Below the pieces are notes generated by a model, which was given only the letters and a program-made list of their open reading frames with translations, did no database searches and was not told the DNA's origin. The translations under genes and the position numbers were made by a program. From Actinomycetota bacterium (GTDB taxonomy: Bacteria; Actinomycetota; UBA4738; HRBIN12), in the NCBI GenBank assembly GCA_038244455.1, contig JBBRTK010000002.1, forward strand, positions 1 through 48,641: a stretch of 48,641 nucleotides of DNA, in the 5' to 3' direction. Shown here piece after piece: positions 1 through 11,079 of this stretch (within the stretch, counting starts at the first letter, position 1; every line of letters begins with the position of its first letter).

Positions 1-1362
1 ACGCCCATGTTCACGCGCTGGAGCATCCACAGGAAGTAGCCCGCGGTCAGGATCGTGCCCACTCCCCCGGCGATCATGTAGCCGCGGAACAGGCCGACGC
101 TCAGGCCGGCGGCCGGGTGGTAGCTGGCCAGGAGCGACATGACTTCGCCCCAGAAGCCGGCCAGACCCGGCAAGCCCAGCGAGGCGATGGCAACGAACGC
201 GAAGATCCCGCCGAGCTTCGGCATGAGTTCCAGCATGCCGCCGCCGATCTCGGAGATCTGGCGCGTGTGGTAACGGTCATAGATCGACCCGACGTTGAAG
301 AAGAGCATCCCGGTGATCACGCCGTGCGCCACCATCCCGAAGATCGCCGCCTGGATACCGATCGGCGTGAGCGTCGCGATCCCCAGCATCACGAACCCCA
401 TATGCCCGACCGAACTGAACGCGATCAGCCGCTTCAGGTCCTTCTGAGCCAGGCAAGCGAGCGAGGCGTAGACGATCCCGATCGCCGCCAGAAGACCGAT
501 CCACGGAGCATAGGCGCGTGCGCCCTCCGGCAGCATCGGCAGCGCGATCCGGATGAACCCGTACGTTCCCATCTTCAGCATGACGCCGGCCAGCAGCACC
601 GAACCGATGGTCGGCGCCTCGGTGTGCGCGTCGGGCAGCCACGTGTGGAACGGCCACATCGGCACCTTCACCGCGAACCCGAGCGCGATCGCGCCGAACG
701 CCACCAGCTGGAAGGTGTGCCCGAACCCGCCGGATGCGCCGAACTTCGAGAGCGCCACGATGTCGAACGTGTGCGGCGCCGGCCCCCGGAAGTAGAGGGC
801 CAGGAACGCCAGCAGCATGAACACAGACCCGAACAGCGTGTACAGGAAGAACTTGATGCTCGCGTACTCCCGGTTCGCCGAGCCCCAGATGGCGATGAGG
901 AAGTACATCGGGACCAGGACCAGCTCCCAGAACACGAAGAACAGGATGAGGTCGAACGCGATGAACGTCCCGGCCATCCCGGTCTCCAGGAGCAGCATCA
1001 ACGCCAGGAACGCCTTCGTTCGGCCGGGCGAGGGGACGTACTTCCAGCTGTAGATCGCGCACAGGAACGAGAGCAGGAAGGTCAGGACGTAGAGCGGCAT
1101 GGAGATGCCGTCGATCCCCACGTGGTAGCGGGCGCCGATGGCGGAGATCCAGCTGGTGTTCGCCGTGAACTGAAGGGTTCCGCTCTGCGAGTAGTTGAAG
1201 CCGATGGCGATCGCCACGGCCAGCACGAGCGCCGCGCCCGTGAAGAAGATGCCGAGGCCTCGGACCAGCCGGTCCTTGTCCTTCGGCACCAAGACGATCA
1301 CCAGCGCCCCCAGCAGGGGCAACAACGTGGTGATCGTGATGGCCGAGTTCTGCCAGGTCATC
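1..1362 (-). CDS. nuoM: NADH-quinone oxidoreductase subunit M, second (paralogous) nuo set; C-terminus runs off the window start
   Basis: Absent from the ORF track because it is open at the window edge. Reverse translation from ATG 1362 gives MTWQNSAITITTLLPLLGALVIV...KVPMWPFHTWLPDAHTEAPT..., the antiporter-like NuoM signature. A GGGAGAG SD lies upstream and the gene follows nuoL. Confidence 0.9.
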
Positions 1363-1377
1363 GATCCACTCTCCCTC

Positions 1378-3357
1378 TCACGCTCTGACGAAGATTATGG
1401 TCAGCGCGATAACGCCGACGAACAACACGACCGCATACCACTGCACGTTGCCGGACTGCAGGTACTTCAGGAGCCCGCCGCTCTCCTCGGCGCCCATGCC
1501 CAGGGCGTTCACCGCGCCGTCGATGACGTTCCGATCGAACCAGTAGACCATCGTGGAGACGCCGCGCGCCAGGGCCGCCATCCCGTTCACGAAGCCATCC
1601 AGGACGGTCTGGTTGAACCAGTACACCCCGGCCGAACACGTGTCCCGGATGGGATAGATGATCGCCCGCATGTAGAACGCGTCGATGTAGTACCGGTGCT
1701 GGAACACACCCCACAGCGGGCCCAACCGGCCTTCCAACGGGTCCTTCTCGCGCTTCTCCTTGTACATGAGATAGGCGACGCCGATGCCGCCGAGCGCGGC
1801 CACGGTTCCAAGCAGTGCGATCCACGGGACGAAATGGACGGCTTCGGGCTGGCCGAAGTAGACCCACTTGAAGAAGGGAGCGTGGATCAACGGGGAACCC
1901 AGGAACCCCACGCCCACGGTGGCCGCGCCAAGGAACACCAGTGGGCTCGTCATCGATCTGGGGGACTCGTGGGGGTGGCCGTGCCCGTCGTACGTGCCGA
2001 AGAACGTGAGCCAGACCATCCGCATGGTGTAGAAGGCCGTCAGCACGGCGGTGACGACCATGATGACGAAGAGCCACTGGTGCCCGTCGTAGGCCGAGAC
2101 CAGGAGTTCGTCCTTGGACCAGAAGCCGGCGAGCGGGAACACTCCCGCCAGCGCCAGGGACCCGATCACGAACGTGATGAACGTGACCGGCATGAACTTC
2201 CGCAGTCCGCCCATGTCGGACATGTTGTTCGAGTGCACCGCGTGGATGACCGAGCCTGCCCCCAGGAAGAGCAGGGCCTTGAAGAAGGCGTGGGTGAACA
2301 GGTGGAAGAACGCCGCGTTGCGACCCGCGGGGCCCGCGCCCATGACCGCCACCATGTAGGCGAGTTGCGACAACGTCGAATAGGCCAACACCCGCTTGAT
2401 GTCGTTCTGGACCAGCGCAAGGAGCGCCGCGCCGAGCATCGTGATGGCGCCGATGATGGAGACGGTCTGGAGCACCCAGGCATCGGCGCCGATGAACACC
2501 GTGTACATCCGGCCCACAAGGTAGACGCCCGCCGCAACCATCGTGGCAGCGTGGATCAGGGCGGACACGGGGGTGGGGCCGGCCATCGCGTCCGGAAGCC
2601 AGACGTGGAGCGGGAACTGCGCAGACTTCCCGATGGTCCCTCCGAAGAGCAGGATGGCCGCGACGGCGGCGACGCCGCCGGAGATCTGGTGCGCCTGGAT
2701 CATGCCTGAGATGTCGGTGATGTTCGACGTCTTAAAGCCGGTGGCCGCGATGAGCGCGAAGATGCCGAACATGAACGGCACGTCGCCGATCCGCGTGGTG
2801 ATGAATGCCTTGATGGAGGCGTTCGAGTTCTCCTTCTCCTCCCACCAATGTCCGATCAGCAGGTAGGAGCAGATACCCATGACCTCCCAGCCGATAAGGA
2901 GTTGGAAGAGGTTGGGCGCGATAACAACGTCGAGCATCGCCGCGGTGAACATGGAGAGCACGAAGTAGAACCAGGTGAACCGCTTGTCCCCATGCATGTA
3001 GCCGAGCGAATAGACGTGGACGCAGAGCGACACGCTGGTGACCACGACGAGCATCACGGCGCACAGACCGTCGATGTACTGGCCCAGCTGCAGGTGGAAC
3101 GGTCCGACGTTGAACCAGTCGACCTGGCTGGCCTGGGCACCCCCGCCCTGCACGAAGTGCCACAGCACGAGGATCGAGAGCACCCACGACGCCGCGAGCG
3201 CCGCGATCCCGTAGACGGCGCCCTTGCCTGGCGTTCGCTTGCCGAAGAACAGCGTGAGGGCCGCGGAGATGACCGGGAGCAGCGCGATGATCCACGTGTA
3301 CTTCAGGAGCCCGCTAGCGGCGCCGACGGCAACGGTGACGGTCTCGGCGCCTACCAC
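1378..3357 (-). CDS. nuoL: NADH-quinone oxidoreductase subunit L (second set)
   Basis: 659-aa polytopic ORF containing [28 protein letters not shown], typical of NuoL/Mrp-type antiporter subunits. Confidence 0.95.
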   Translation of the reverse strand: MVGAETVTVAVGAASGLLKYTWIIALLPVISAALTLFFGKRTPGKGAVYGIAALAASWVLSILVLWHFVQGGGAQASQVDWFNVGPFHLQLGQYIDGLCAVMLVVVTSVSLCVHVYSLGYMHGDKRFTWFYFVLSMFTAAMLDVVIAPNLFQLLIGWEVMGICSYLLIGHWWEEKENSNASIKAFITTRIGDVPFMFGIFALIAATGFKTSNITDISGMIQAHQISGGVAAVAAILLFGGTIGKSAQFPLHVWLPDAMAGPTPVSALIHAATMVAAGVYLVGRMYTVFIGADAWVLQTVSIIGAITMLGAALLALVQNDIKRVLAYSTLSQLAYMVAVMGAGPAGRNAAFFHLFTHAFFKALLFLGAGSVIHAVHSNNMSDMGGLRKFMPVTFITFVIGSLALAGVFPLAGFWSKDELLVSAYDGHQWLFVIMVVTAVLTAFYTMRMVWLTFFGTYDGHGHPHESPRSMTSPLVFLGAATVGVGFLGSPLIHAPFFKWVYFGQPEAVHFVPWIALLGTVAALGGIGVAYLMYKEKREKDPLEGRLGPLWGVFQHRYYIDAFYMRAIIYPIRDTCSAGVYWFNQTVLDGFVNGMAALARGVSTMVYWFDRNVIDGAVNALGMGAEESGGLLKYLQSGNVQWYAVVLFVGVIALTIIFVRA

Positions 3358-3653
3358 TTGAGCTGGCTCGCTTCGTCGATGTTGATCGACTCACGGTTGC
3401 GGAACAGGAGGATGACGATGGCCAGGCCGATGCCGACCTCGGCGGCCGCCACGGCGATGATGAAGAGCGCGAACACCTGGCCGCTCATCGCCCGCAGGCT
3501 CGCCGAGAACCCGACCAGGTTGACGTTCACCGCGTTCAGCATGAGTTCGATGGCCATGAGGATCATCACCGCGTTACGACGGACCAGAACGCCATAGACG
3601 CCCGCGGAGAACAGGAACGCCGAGAAGAACAGGATCATGGGCAGCCGGATCAT
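3351..3653 (-). CDS. nuoK: NADH-quinone oxidoreductase subunit K (second set)
   Basis: The C-terminal 100 aa of the 212-aa track ORF ([10 protein letters not shown]...[12 protein letters not shown]...) has 3 TM helices. I trimmed the start to ATG 3653, which overlaps the nuoJ stop (ATGA). Confidence 0.9.
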   Translation of the reverse strand: MIRLPMILFFSAFLFSAGVYGVLVRRNAVMILMAIELMLNAVNVNLVGFSASLRAMSGQVFALFIIAVAAAEVGIGLAIVILLFRNRESINIDEASQLKW

Positions 3654-4153
3654 GGCTCGTCGTCCTTGCGGGCCAGGACCACGGCGCCGATCAGCGCCGC
3701 CAGCAACAGGAACGAAACGGCCTCGAACGGCAGCACGTACGAGTGGAAGATGGCCTGACCCACGGCCTGGGTGGAGCCGCGGAAGCCGGGCGAGGCCACG
3801 GAGTCCGCGAACGGGAAGGCGTCCTGGATGAGCCAGGCGAGTCCGGCGAAGACACCGAACCCGACCACGCCGCCGACCCACGGGTGCTGGTTGTCCAGTG
3901 AGTCCCGGCCGATCGGCGCCTTCGTGAGCATGAGCCCGAACAGGAACAGGATGACGATGGCGCCCACGTAGATGAGGATCTGTACCCACGCCACGAACTC
4001 CGCGCCAAGTAGCAGGTACACCGCGCCGACCGACGAGAGCGTGACCACCAGGTACAGCGCGGCGTGCACCACGTTCCTGGCGGTGACCGTGGCGATCGCG
4101 CTGAGAGAGCCCACGGCCGCCAGCACGATGAACGCGTACTCCTGGCCGGTCAC
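3650..4153 (-). CDS. nuoJ: NADH-quinone oxidoreductase subunit J (second set)
   Basis: The hydrophobic C-terminal 167 aa of the 272-aa track ORF ([15 protein letters not shown]...). GTG 4153 overlaps the nuoI stop (GTGA). The upstream part of the ORF is out-of-frame nuoI. Confidence 0.85.
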   Translation of the reverse strand: MTGQEYAFIVLAAVGSLSAIATVTARNVVHAALYLVVTLSSVGAVYLLLGAEFVAWVQILIYVGAIVILFLFGLMLTKAPIGRDSLDNQHPWVGGVVGFGVFAGLAWLIQDAFPFADSVASPGFRGSTQAVGQAIFHSYVLPFEAVSFLLLAALIGAVVLARKDDEP

Positions 4154-4656
4154 GAGGCCTCCTCGGCCGGCTCGGCGCCCACCTCGAGTGCGGGCGGCGG
4201 GAGCACCGTGTAGGTCCACTCCTCCAGGCGTTCCTTCTCGTGGAGCAGTTCGCTCAGGCCGTACTCGGCGTATTCGAACTCCGGGCTCCAGAAGAGCGCG
4301 TCGAAGGGGCAGACCTCGACGCAGATCCCGCAGTACATACAGAGGGAGTAGTCGATGGCGAACCGGTCCAGGATCTTCGCGGAGCGTGCCCTTCCGCCAC
4401 CGGCCGGCTCGTGCGATTCCTTGTGGGCGTCGATGTAGATGCACCAGTCCGGGCACTCGCGCGCGCACTTGTAGCAGACGGTGCAGTTCTCCTGCTTGAG
4501 GGCGATGACGCCGCGGGTCCGGGCGGGAAGATCCGGCTTGACGTGCGGGTACTGCACCGTCATCGCCGGCTTGAGCATGGTCTTGAGGGTCACGCCCAGA
4601 CCTTTGAGCAGCCCAAGGCCGATCCCCGCCTCCTTCTGCCCCTTCTTCTCCGCCAT
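4150..4656 (-). CDS. nuoI: NADH-quinone oxidoreductase subunit I (second set), 2x[4Fe-4S]
   Basis: Two CxxCxxCxxxCP motifs ([24 protein letters not shown]). Size and operon position fit NuoI. Confidence 0.95.
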   Translation of the reverse strand: MAEKKGQKEAGIGLGLLKGLGVTLKTMLKPAMTVQYPHVKPDLPARTRGVIALKQENCTVCYKCARECPDWCIYIDAHKESHEPAGGGRARSAKILDRFAIDYSLCMYCGICVEVCPFDALFWSPEFEYAEYGLSELLHEKERLEEWTYTVLPPPALEVGAEPAEEAS

Positions 4657-4663
4657 AACTCCC

Positions 4664-5686
4664 CTACTTCGTTGCGACCTTGACGATCGCGACCACCATG
4701 ATCTGCAACAGCGACAACGGGATCAGCACCAGCCAGGAGAAGCGCTGGAGCTGGTCCTCACGCAGGCGCGGGTACGTGGCCCGCAGCCAGATGACCAGGA
4801 ACGATACCGCACCGATCTTCCCGGCCATCCAGATGGGAGCCGGAAGCGGGATGAACGGCAGCCCCTTGTACCCGCCCAGATAGAGGACGGCCATGACGCC
4901 CGAGAGCGCGACGATCCCCCCGTACTCGGCCAGCAGGAAGAACGCGAACTTCAACCCCGTGTACTCGGTGTACGCCCCGAAGATGATCTCCGAGTCCGCC
5001 ACCGGCATGTCGAACGGCGGGCGGGTGAGTTCAGCCAGCGAGGCGATGAGGAAGATGAAGAACCCGATCAACTGCCAAGGCCGAACGATGTTCCAGAGCC
5101 CCTGCTGGGACTCGGTGATGCCGATCAGGCTCAGCGTGCCGGCCTGCATGACCACGGCCGCGGCCGCCAGGACCAGCGGCAGCTCGTAGGCGATGAGCTG
5201 CGCGGCAGCGCGGAGCGCTCCGATCAGCGAGAACTTGTTAGCGCTGGACCAGCCCGCCATGAGGACCCCGATGACCGAGACCGACCCCATGGCCATCACG
5301 AAGAAGATGCCGACGTCCAGGTTCAGCGCGAAGACCGTCGGGCTGAACGGGATCACAACCATCACCACGATGTAGGGGATCATCGAGACGGCCGGGGCCA
5401 GCGAGAACACGCTGCGGTCGGCGGCCGCCGGGATGATGTCTTCCTTCTGGATGAACTTCACGCCGTCCGCCACCAGCTGGGCCCAGCCGTGGAACCCTCC
5501 GGCCTCCATGGGGCCGACGCGCGACTGCATGTGCGCGAGGACCTTGTGCTCCAGGTAGCCGACCATCAGCGGGGCGACCAGGAAGAACCCCAGCACGGCC
5601 ACCGCCTTGATGATGATCACCAGCCAGACGTTGGTGAACCAGTCGTTCACGACGGACGTGCCGGTGTGCGCGATCGCGAGGATCAT
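4664..5686 (-). CDS. nuoH: NADH-quinone oxidoreductase subunit H (second set)
   Basis: 340-aa polytopic ORF with [33 protein letters not shown] and LAEY motifs typical of NuoH/ND1. Confidence 0.95.
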   Translation of the reverse strand: MILAIAHTGTSVVNDWFTNVWLVIIIKAVAVLGFFLVAPLMVGYLEHKVLAHMQSRVGPMEAGGFHGWAQLVADGVKFIQKEDIIPAAADRSVFSLAPAVSMIPYIVVMVVIPFSPTVFALNLDVGIFFVMAMGSVSVIGVLMAGWSSANKFSLIGALRAAAQLIAYELPLVLAAAAVVMQAGTLSLIGITESQQGLWNIVRPWQLIGFFIFLIASLAELTRPPFDMPVADSEIIFGAYTEYTGLKFAFFLLAEYGGIVALSGVMAVLYLGGYKGLPFIPLPAPIWMAGKIGAVSFLVIWLRATYPRLREDQLQRFSWLVLIPLSLLQIMVVAIVKVATK

Positions 5687-6201
5687 TCGTCGTCCACGTC
5701 CTCACCCTCGACGGCGCCAGGCCACGGCTTGGCCTCGCGGGTCATCAAAGGGAAGTCCTTGCGGAGCGGATGTCCTTCGAACGGCTCGGAGAGCAGGAGC
5801 TTCACCGGCTGCGGATGCCCGGCGAAGGTGATGCCGAACATCTCGGTGGTTTCGCGTTCGTGCCAGTCGGCCGCCGGGTACAGGTCGGAGATGGTGGGGA
5901 GCGTCGGCTGGTCGGGCGGGAGCTTCACCTTGATGCGGACGTTGTGGTGCGCTGCGGTGGAGAACAGATGGGTGACCACCTCCATGCCGGCCTCGCTCCA
6001 ATCAACCGCGGACACGAACTCGCAGTAGTCGCACGCGAGGTCCGGGTCATCGCGGAGGAAGCGGATGATGTCGTGGTAGCGCGCCGCGGTCACGGTCGCG
6101 GCCGTGTGTCCATGTTGGAGGGCGGCGTCCGTCACGTCGTCGCCGAAGCGCGCGCGCAGCCGGGCCTCGATGTCCTCAGGAGCCAGCTGGCGTGTTGGCA
6201 A
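5683..6201 (-). CDS. nuoC: NADH-quinone oxidoreductase subunit C (second set), unfused 172 aa
   Basis: Contains ...[26 protein letters not shown]...[10 protein letters not shown], the 30-kDa subunit signature. Its stop overlaps the nuoH start. Confidence 0.9.
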   Translation of the reverse strand: MPTRQLAPEDIEARLRARFGDDVTDAALQHGHTAATVTAARYHDIIRFLRDDPDLACDYCEFVSAVDWSEAGMEVVTHLFSTAAHHNVRIKVKLPPDQPTLPTISDLYPAADWHERETTEMFGITFAGHPQPVKLLLSEPFEGHPLRKDFPLMTREAKPWPGAVEGEDVDDE

Positions 6202-6682
6202 GCCACTTCTCCTGGATGTCCTCGTCCTTGATCTTCTCCTGCAGTTTGATGATGCCGTGCAGGAGCGCCTCGGGGCGCGGCGGGCAGCCGGGCACGTAGA
6301 CGTCGATCGGCACGATCTGGTCGACGCCCTTGGTCACCGAGTAGCTGTCCCAGTACGGCCCGCCGCAGTTCGAGCAGGATCCGAACGAGATGACGTACTT
6401 CGGCTCGGGCATCTGGTCGTAGACCCGCTTCAGGGCCGGGGCCATCTTGTCGGTAAGGGTTCCCGCCACCACCAGCAGGTCCGCCTGCCGAGGCCCATGG
6501 GCGAACGGGATCACGCCTAGGCGGATGAAGTCGTTCTTGGAGGTCGAGGCCGCGATGAACTCGATGGCGCAGCACGCGAGCCCGAAGTTCATGACCCAGA
6601 GGGAATACCGCCTGCCCCAATTCAGGATGAACTTCACCGGTTGGACCTTCGCGAGCGGGGTCTTCTCGATGATCACGCCCAC
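6176..6682 (-). CDS. nuoB: NADH-quinone oxidoreductase subunit B (second set)
   Basis: N2-cluster cysteines are present ([22 protein letters not shown]). I trimmed the start to GTG 6682 (or 6676) next to the nuoA stop. The N-terminal part of the 241-aa track ORF is out-of-frame nuoA. Confidence 0.9.
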   Translation of the reverse strand: MGVIIEKTPLAKVQPVKFILNWGRRYSLWVMNFGLACCAIEFIAASTSKNDFIRLGVIPFAHGPRQADLLVVAGTLTDKMAPALKRVYDQMPEPKYVISFGSCSNCGGPYWDSYSVTKGVDQIVPIDVYVPGCPPRPEALLHGIIKLQEKIKDEDIQEKWLANTPAGS

Positions 6683-7038
6683 TTCAGCACCCCCTTGCGT
6701 CCGGCGTAGAGCAGGCCCGTGGCAAGGATCGCGATGAAGATGCCCATCTCCCAGACGGCCGACGCGCCCAGCGTGAGATAGACCCGGGCCCAAGGGAAGA
6801 GGAACACCGATTCCACATCGAAGATGACGAACAGGAACCCGAATACGTAGTAGCGAACCTGGCTCTGCGACCAGCCCTGGCCCACCGGGTCGATCCCGCA
6901 CTCGTAGGTGGTGAGCTTCGAGTAGGTCGGATGGTGGGGAGCGATGAGCCGGCCGGCGCCGAAGGCGACGGCCACCAGCGCGGCGCCGGCGATGACGACC
7001 GCGAGGACAACCCCATAAGACTGGTAGTAGTCAGACAT
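6673..7038 (-). CDS. nuoA: NADH-quinone oxidoreductase subunit A (second set)
   Basis: 121 aa with 3 TM helices. Contains YECG...[17 protein letters not shown], the NuoA/ND3 signature. Confidence 0.9.
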   Translation of the reverse strand: MSDYYQSYGVVLAVVIAGAALVAVAFGAGRLIAPHHPTYSKLTTYECGIDPVGQGWSQSQVRYYVFGFLFVIFDVESVFLFPWARVYLTLGASAVWEMGIFIAILATGLLYAGRKGVLKWA

Positions 7039-7071
7039 CAGCTTCCCGGGCGCGGATTCTAGCAGCAGCGG

Positions 7072-8079
7072 TCATTCGCCTTGCTCCGCGCCGCAACGCA
7101 CGGCCAGGAACTTCGCGAGCTGGACCAGCGCGTGCTGAGCGGAGCCCTCCGGGAGCCGGCGGGCCAACGCGGTTGCACGGTTCACCTCCGCGGTGACGGC
7201 GGCCCGGGCGTGGTCGATGGAGCCACCCTGGTGGATGAGTTCGATGGATCGATCAAGCAGCTCACCATCCGGCGAACCCAAGGACAGGATCCGGACGAGT
7301 TCGTCGCGGCCGGGTCCGTGGAGGGCGTGCAGGAGCGGCAGGGTGTACACACCCTCCTTGAGGTCCTGGCCAGGCTCTTTCTGCAGCTCCGACTGGGTCG
7401 CCGTGAAGTCCATAACGTCGTCGGAAAGCTGGAACGCCATCCCCAAGGACGCGCCGAACTCGGTCAGGATCTCGACGTGGTCCCCGGATGCGTCCGAGAG
7501 CAGCCCGCCAAGCCGGCACGAGGTGGCGATGAGCGCGCCGGTCTTGCGGCGGATGATCTCCAGGTAGCTCTCCTCGGTCTGATCGAGTTTGCCGGCAGCC
7601 TCCAGCTCCCTGACCTGGCCGTCGCAGAGGATCGCGATGGTCTGGGCCAGGAGCCTGCAGACCTCAGGCCCCAGGTCGGCGGAGAGCTCCGATGCCTTGG
7701 CGAACAGGAAGTCTCCGGTGAGGATGGCAACGGTGTTGTTCCAGCGGACGTTGGCCGCAGGGACGCCGTGGCGGGAGTCGGCCTCGTCGATGACGTCGTC
7801 GTGATAGAGCGTGGCCACGTGCGTGACCTCGATGGCCACCGAACCAGGGATCAGCCGGGGATCGGTGGGATCGCCGAAGTAGCCCGAGAGCAGGACGAGC
7901 ATAGGGCGAAACCGCTTCCCGCCGGCCTGCAGGAGGTAGCGAGCGGTCGCCGAGAGCAGGTCGGAATCGGCCGCCACGGCCTTCCCGAGCGCCTCTTCCA
8001 CGCGGTCCAGGCGGCCCCTGATCTGGGCCTCCAGGGTGGCGTCGGGCGCCTCCAGACCGGGGATCACGCGCCTGCTCAT
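7072..8079 (-). CDS. Long-chain trans-polyprenyl diphosphate synthase (menaquinone side chain; hepta/octa/decaprenyl type)
   Basis: Has GGKRFRP, a first Asp-rich motif LYHDDVIDEADSRHG and a second FQLSDDVMDF. It sits between the two nuo sets with gaps of 4 and 33 nt. Confidence 0.9.
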   Translation of the reverse strand: MSRRVIPGLEAPDATLEAQIRGRLDRVEEALGKAVAADSDLLSATARYLLQAGGKRFRPMLVLLSGYFGDPTDPRLIPGSVAIEVTHVATLYHDDVIDEADSRHGVPAANVRWNNTVAILTGDFLFAKASELSADLGPEVCRLLAQTIAILCDGQVRELEAAGKLDQTEESYLEIIRRKTGALIATSCRLGGLLSDASGDHVEILTEFGASLGMAFQLSDDVMDFTATQSELQKEPGQDLKEGVYTLPLLHALHGPGRDELVRILSLGSPDGELLDRSIELIHQGGSIDHARAAVTAEVNRATALARRLPEGSAQHALVQLAKFLAVRCGAEQGE

Positions 8080-8083
8080 CGCG

Positions 8084-9535
8084 TCACCATCTCAGAACCG
8101 ACGCGGCCTCGATAGCGCGCAAGATGACCCCGGGAACCACGCCCAGAACCAGGACGCCGATCGCCGGTACAGCCAGCACCGCGCGCGGCCAGGCCGACAC
8201 GTCGCCGGCCCCGTCGCCCGCGGGTTCGTCCATGTACATGCGCACGATCACACGGAGGTAGAAGAAGGCCGCCACCACGCTGGTGAGGACCCCGACCAGG
8301 ACCAGGGACCAGTTCCCGGCATCAAGGGCCGCGGAGAACACCTGCACCTTGGCGATGAACCCGGCGGCCGGTGGGATCCCCGCGAGCGACAGCAGGAACA
8401 CGGTCATGGTCGCCGCCAGGTACGGGCTTCGCCGGGCCAGGCCGCGGTAGGCGTCGATCGAGGTTGCCTCGTCGGTTCGTCCGCTCACCAGCATGACCAC
8501 GCCGAACGCGCCGACGGCGGTGACGGCGTAGGCGGTCAGATAGAACATGGCCGCGCGGATCCCGGTCGAGTTCGCCGAGGTGAGCCCCACCAGGATGTAG
8601 CCGGCGTTGAGGATGCTCGAGTAGGCGAGCATCCGCTTGATGTCCGACTGCGCCACCGCGAGCACCGCGCCGACCACCATGGTCGCGGCGGCCATCACCC
8701 AGATGATCGGCACCCAGTTCCACGTCAGGGGTTGGAACGCCACGTCGAGCACCCGGATCAGCGCAAGGAACGCGGCGGCCTTCGTGGCGGCCGACATGAA
8801 CCCGGTGACCGGCGTCGGCGCGCCCTGATAGACGTCCGGGGTCCACATATGGAACGGCACCAGTGCCACTTTGAAACCGAACCCGGCCAGCAGGAACACC
8901 AGGGAGAGCAGGGCGATGGACTGGTTCCCGATCTGACCCGAAAGCCCGTGGGCCAGCGCGGTCAGACTCGTCGCATCCACTGCGCCGTAGGCCATAGCGA
9001 TGCCGTAGAGGAAGATGGCCGAACTGAAGGCGCCCAGGAGGAAGTACTTCATGGCCGCCTCGGTGGACCCTCGGCGACCGGTGATCCCGGTGAGCACGTA
9101 GAGCGAGAGCGACAGGATCTCCAGCGCCAGGAAGACCACGATCAGATCGGCCGCGGCGGTGATGAGGGTCATCCCCATGGTCGCGAAGAGCACCAGTGGA
9201 TAGAACTCGCCCCGGTACCGCGCGGCGTCCAGGGAGAAGTAGTGGGTCCCGAGCACGAGCGAGAACGCGGCGATGGCAACCAGCAGCAGTCGTCCGAAGA
9301 CAGAGAAGCGGTCGACGTTCACCATGCCGGCCATCGCAGTGGAGGGTCCGGCGTGATCCCACAGCAAGAGTGCGGCCGCCGCGGACGCGAAGGTGCCTGA
9401 GAGCGCCAACAGCAGGTGCACGCGGCGATCTGTGCGCCGCGCGAACGCCTCGTACAGCAGCCCCAGGATGGCGAACCCACCCAGGAGCAGCTCGGGCAGG
9501 ATCGTCCAAGCGTCGAAGACGGGCGTTTCGATCAC
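8084..9535 (-). CDS. nuoN: NADH-quinone oxidoreductase subunit N
   Basis: The C-terminal 483 aa of the 912-aa track ORF (VIETPVFDAWTILPELLLGG...FKVALVPFHMWTPDVYQGAPTPVTGF). GTG 9535 overlaps the nuoM stop (GTGA). Confidence 0.9.
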   Translation of the reverse strand: MIETPVFDAWTILPELLLGGFAILGLLYEAFARRTDRRVHLLLALSGTFASAAAALLLWDHAGPSTAMAGMVNVDRFSVFGRLLLVAIAAFSLVLGTHYFSLDAARYRGEFYPLVLFATMGMTLITAAADLIVVFLALEILSLSLYVLTGITGRRGSTEAAMKYFLLGAFSSAIFLYGIAMAYGAVDATSLTALAHGLSGQIGNQSIALLSLVFLLAGFGFKVALVPFHMWTPDVYQGAPTPVTGFMSAATKAAAFLALIRVLDVAFQPLTWNWVPIIWVMAAATMVVGAVLAVAQSDIKRMLAYSSILNAGYILVGLTSANSTGIRAAMFYLTAYAVTAVGAFGVVMLVSGRTDEATSIDAYRGLARRSPYLAATMTVFLLSLAGIPPAAGFIAKVQVFSAALDAGNWSLVLVGVLTSVVAAFFYLRVIVRMYMDEPAGDGAGDVSAWPRAVLAVPAIGVLVLGVVPGVILRAIEAASVLRW

Positions 9536-11079
9536 GGCGCCGTCCCAGGGGCCGGCGCGGCCGCGGGCGCCAAGATCGGCGCCGCGTCCCGTGGGTGCGC
9601 TGGGTCGACGCGGGCGACCACGGCGTTCGCGGTGGGCTGGATCTTGTCGGTGAGCAGGCGCGGCGCCACGCCGAACACCAGGATGAGCCCCAGGATCGGA
9701 GCCAGGATGGCAACCTCCCGGACGCTCAGGTCGGGCAGACCGCGATGCTCCTCGTGGACAGGCCCGTAGGCCAAGCGCTGGTAGGACCACAAGAGATAGA
9801 TCGCGGACAGCACCACGGCAACCGCCGCGAGCGAACCGAACCAGTGGCTCACGCTGAACGTGCCCACGATCACCAGGAATTCGCCGACGAAACTGTTGAG
9901 GCCTGGGAGTCCGACGCTCGCGAGGACCGCGAACAGGAAGGCCCCCGCGAGCCAGGGCGTGACGCCCGCCAGGCCGCCGAGTTCGCCCAGCTGGCGCGTG
10001 TGCGTGCGGTCGTACACCATCCCGACCACCAGGAACAGCGCGCCCGTCGCCAGCCCGTGGTTCACCATCTGGAGCACCCCACCGGTCATCCCCTGATGGG
10101 TGAACGCGAAGATCCCCAGTACGACGAACCCCAGGTGCGAGACGGACGAGTAGGCAACCAGGCGCTTGATGTCCGTCTGCATGATGGCGCACACCGCGCC
10201 ATAGATGATGCCGATCACCGCGAGGACGGAGACGAACGACGCGAAGTACTTCGCCGCCTCGGGGAAGAGCGCCAGGTTGAACCGGATGAGCCCGTAGGCC
10301 CCCACCTTCAGCAACACGGCGGCTAGGAGCACCGACCCCGCCGTGGGAGCTTCGGTGTGGGCATCGGCGAGCCAGGTGTGGAGCGGGAACAGGGGCACCT
10401 TGACCGCGAACGCGATGAAGAACCCCAGGAACAGCCACCGCGTCGTCCCCGCCGGCAACCCCCCCGCCACGCTCATCAACGAACGAAGGTCGAACGTCGC
10501 GTGTCCCGCCGCGCCCGACTTCGAGTAGAGGAACAGGATGGCCAGCAAGAGGAACGCCGACCCGGCCATCGTGTAGAGGAAGAACTTCACCGCGGCATAC
10601 ACTCGGCGCTCGCCTCCCCAGCCGCCGATGAGCAGGTACATCGGGACCAGCAGCGCCTCGAAGAAGACGAAGAAGAGCAACAGGTCCAGCGCCAGGAACG
10701 ATCCCACCACCGAGATCTCCAGGATGAGCATCGCGAGCATGTAGCGGCGCACGTCCTTCTCTATGTGCCACGACGCCAAGACGGCGAGCGGCATCAGGAA
10801 CGTGGTGAGGAGCACCATCCACAGGCTCACGCCATCGACGCCCAGCAGGTACGACAGACCGATCGACTTGACCCAGGAGTAGCGTTCGATCATCTGGAAT
10901 CCGGTGGCTGCCGAGTCGAACCTGCCGAGGATCACCAGCGAGATCACGAAGGTCGCCACGGTAGTGAGCAGCGCGATCGCCTTCGTGGTCTGGTCGCCGA
11001 GACGTCGGCCGCCGGCAAGCAGCACGATCACCCCGGCCAGCGGCAGGAACGTGGTCAAGGTCAGGATGTGCGCGGTCAT
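9532..11079 (-). CDS. nuoM: NADH-quinone oxidoreductase subunit M
   Basis: The C-terminal 515 aa of the 843-aa track ORF ([13 protein letters not shown]...KVPLFPLHTWLADAHTEAPTAGS). ATG 11079 overlaps the nuoL stop (ATGA). Confidence 0.93.
   Translation of the reverse strand: MTAHILTLTTFLPLAGVIVLLAGGRRLGDQTTKAIALLTTVATFVISLVILGRFDSAATGFQMIERYSWVKSIGLSYLLGVDGVSLWMVLLTTFLMPLAVLASWHIEKDVRRYMLAMLILEISVVGSFLALDLLLFFVFFEALLVPMYLLIGGWGGERRVYAAVKFFLYTMAGSAFLLLAILFLYSKSGAAGHATFDLRSLMSVAGGLPAGTTRWLFLGFFIAFAVKVPLFPLHTWLADAHTEAPTAGSVLLAAVLLKVGAYGLIRFNLALFPEAAKYFASFVSVLAVIGIIYGAVCAIMQTDIKRLVAYSSVSHLGFVVLGIFAFTHQGMTGGVLQMVNHGLATGALFLVVGMVYDRTHTRQLGELGGLAGVTPWLAGAFLFAVLASVGLPGLNSFVGEFLVIVGTFSVSHWFGSLAAVAVVLSAIYLLWSYQRLAYGPVHEEHRGLPDLSVREVAILAPILGLILVFGVAPRLLTDKIQPTANAVVARVDPAHPRDAAPILAPAAAPAPGTAP

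Noticed and set aside
117-2709. Long plus-strand ORFs (117-1388, 423 aa; 1195-2709, 504 aa) across the first nuoM/nuoL genes.
   Set aside because: Their products are extremely Arg/His/Asp/Glu-rich with no hydrophobic core, and they lie antisense to clear NuoM/NuoL coding frames. This is the usual mirror-frame artefact of high-GC DNA. The same applies to 8036-9400, 9196-10326, 10357-11139, 11256-13160, 14654-15766, 15958-17841, 20470-21000 and 30264-32288 on the plus strand.
5683-6201. Whether the second-set nuoC could be a fused nuoCD, which would explain the missing nuoD.
   Set aside because: The ORF is only 172 aa, contains only the 30-kDa (NuoC) signature, and its stop overlaps the nuoH start. 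There is no NuoD-like sequence in any frame there.
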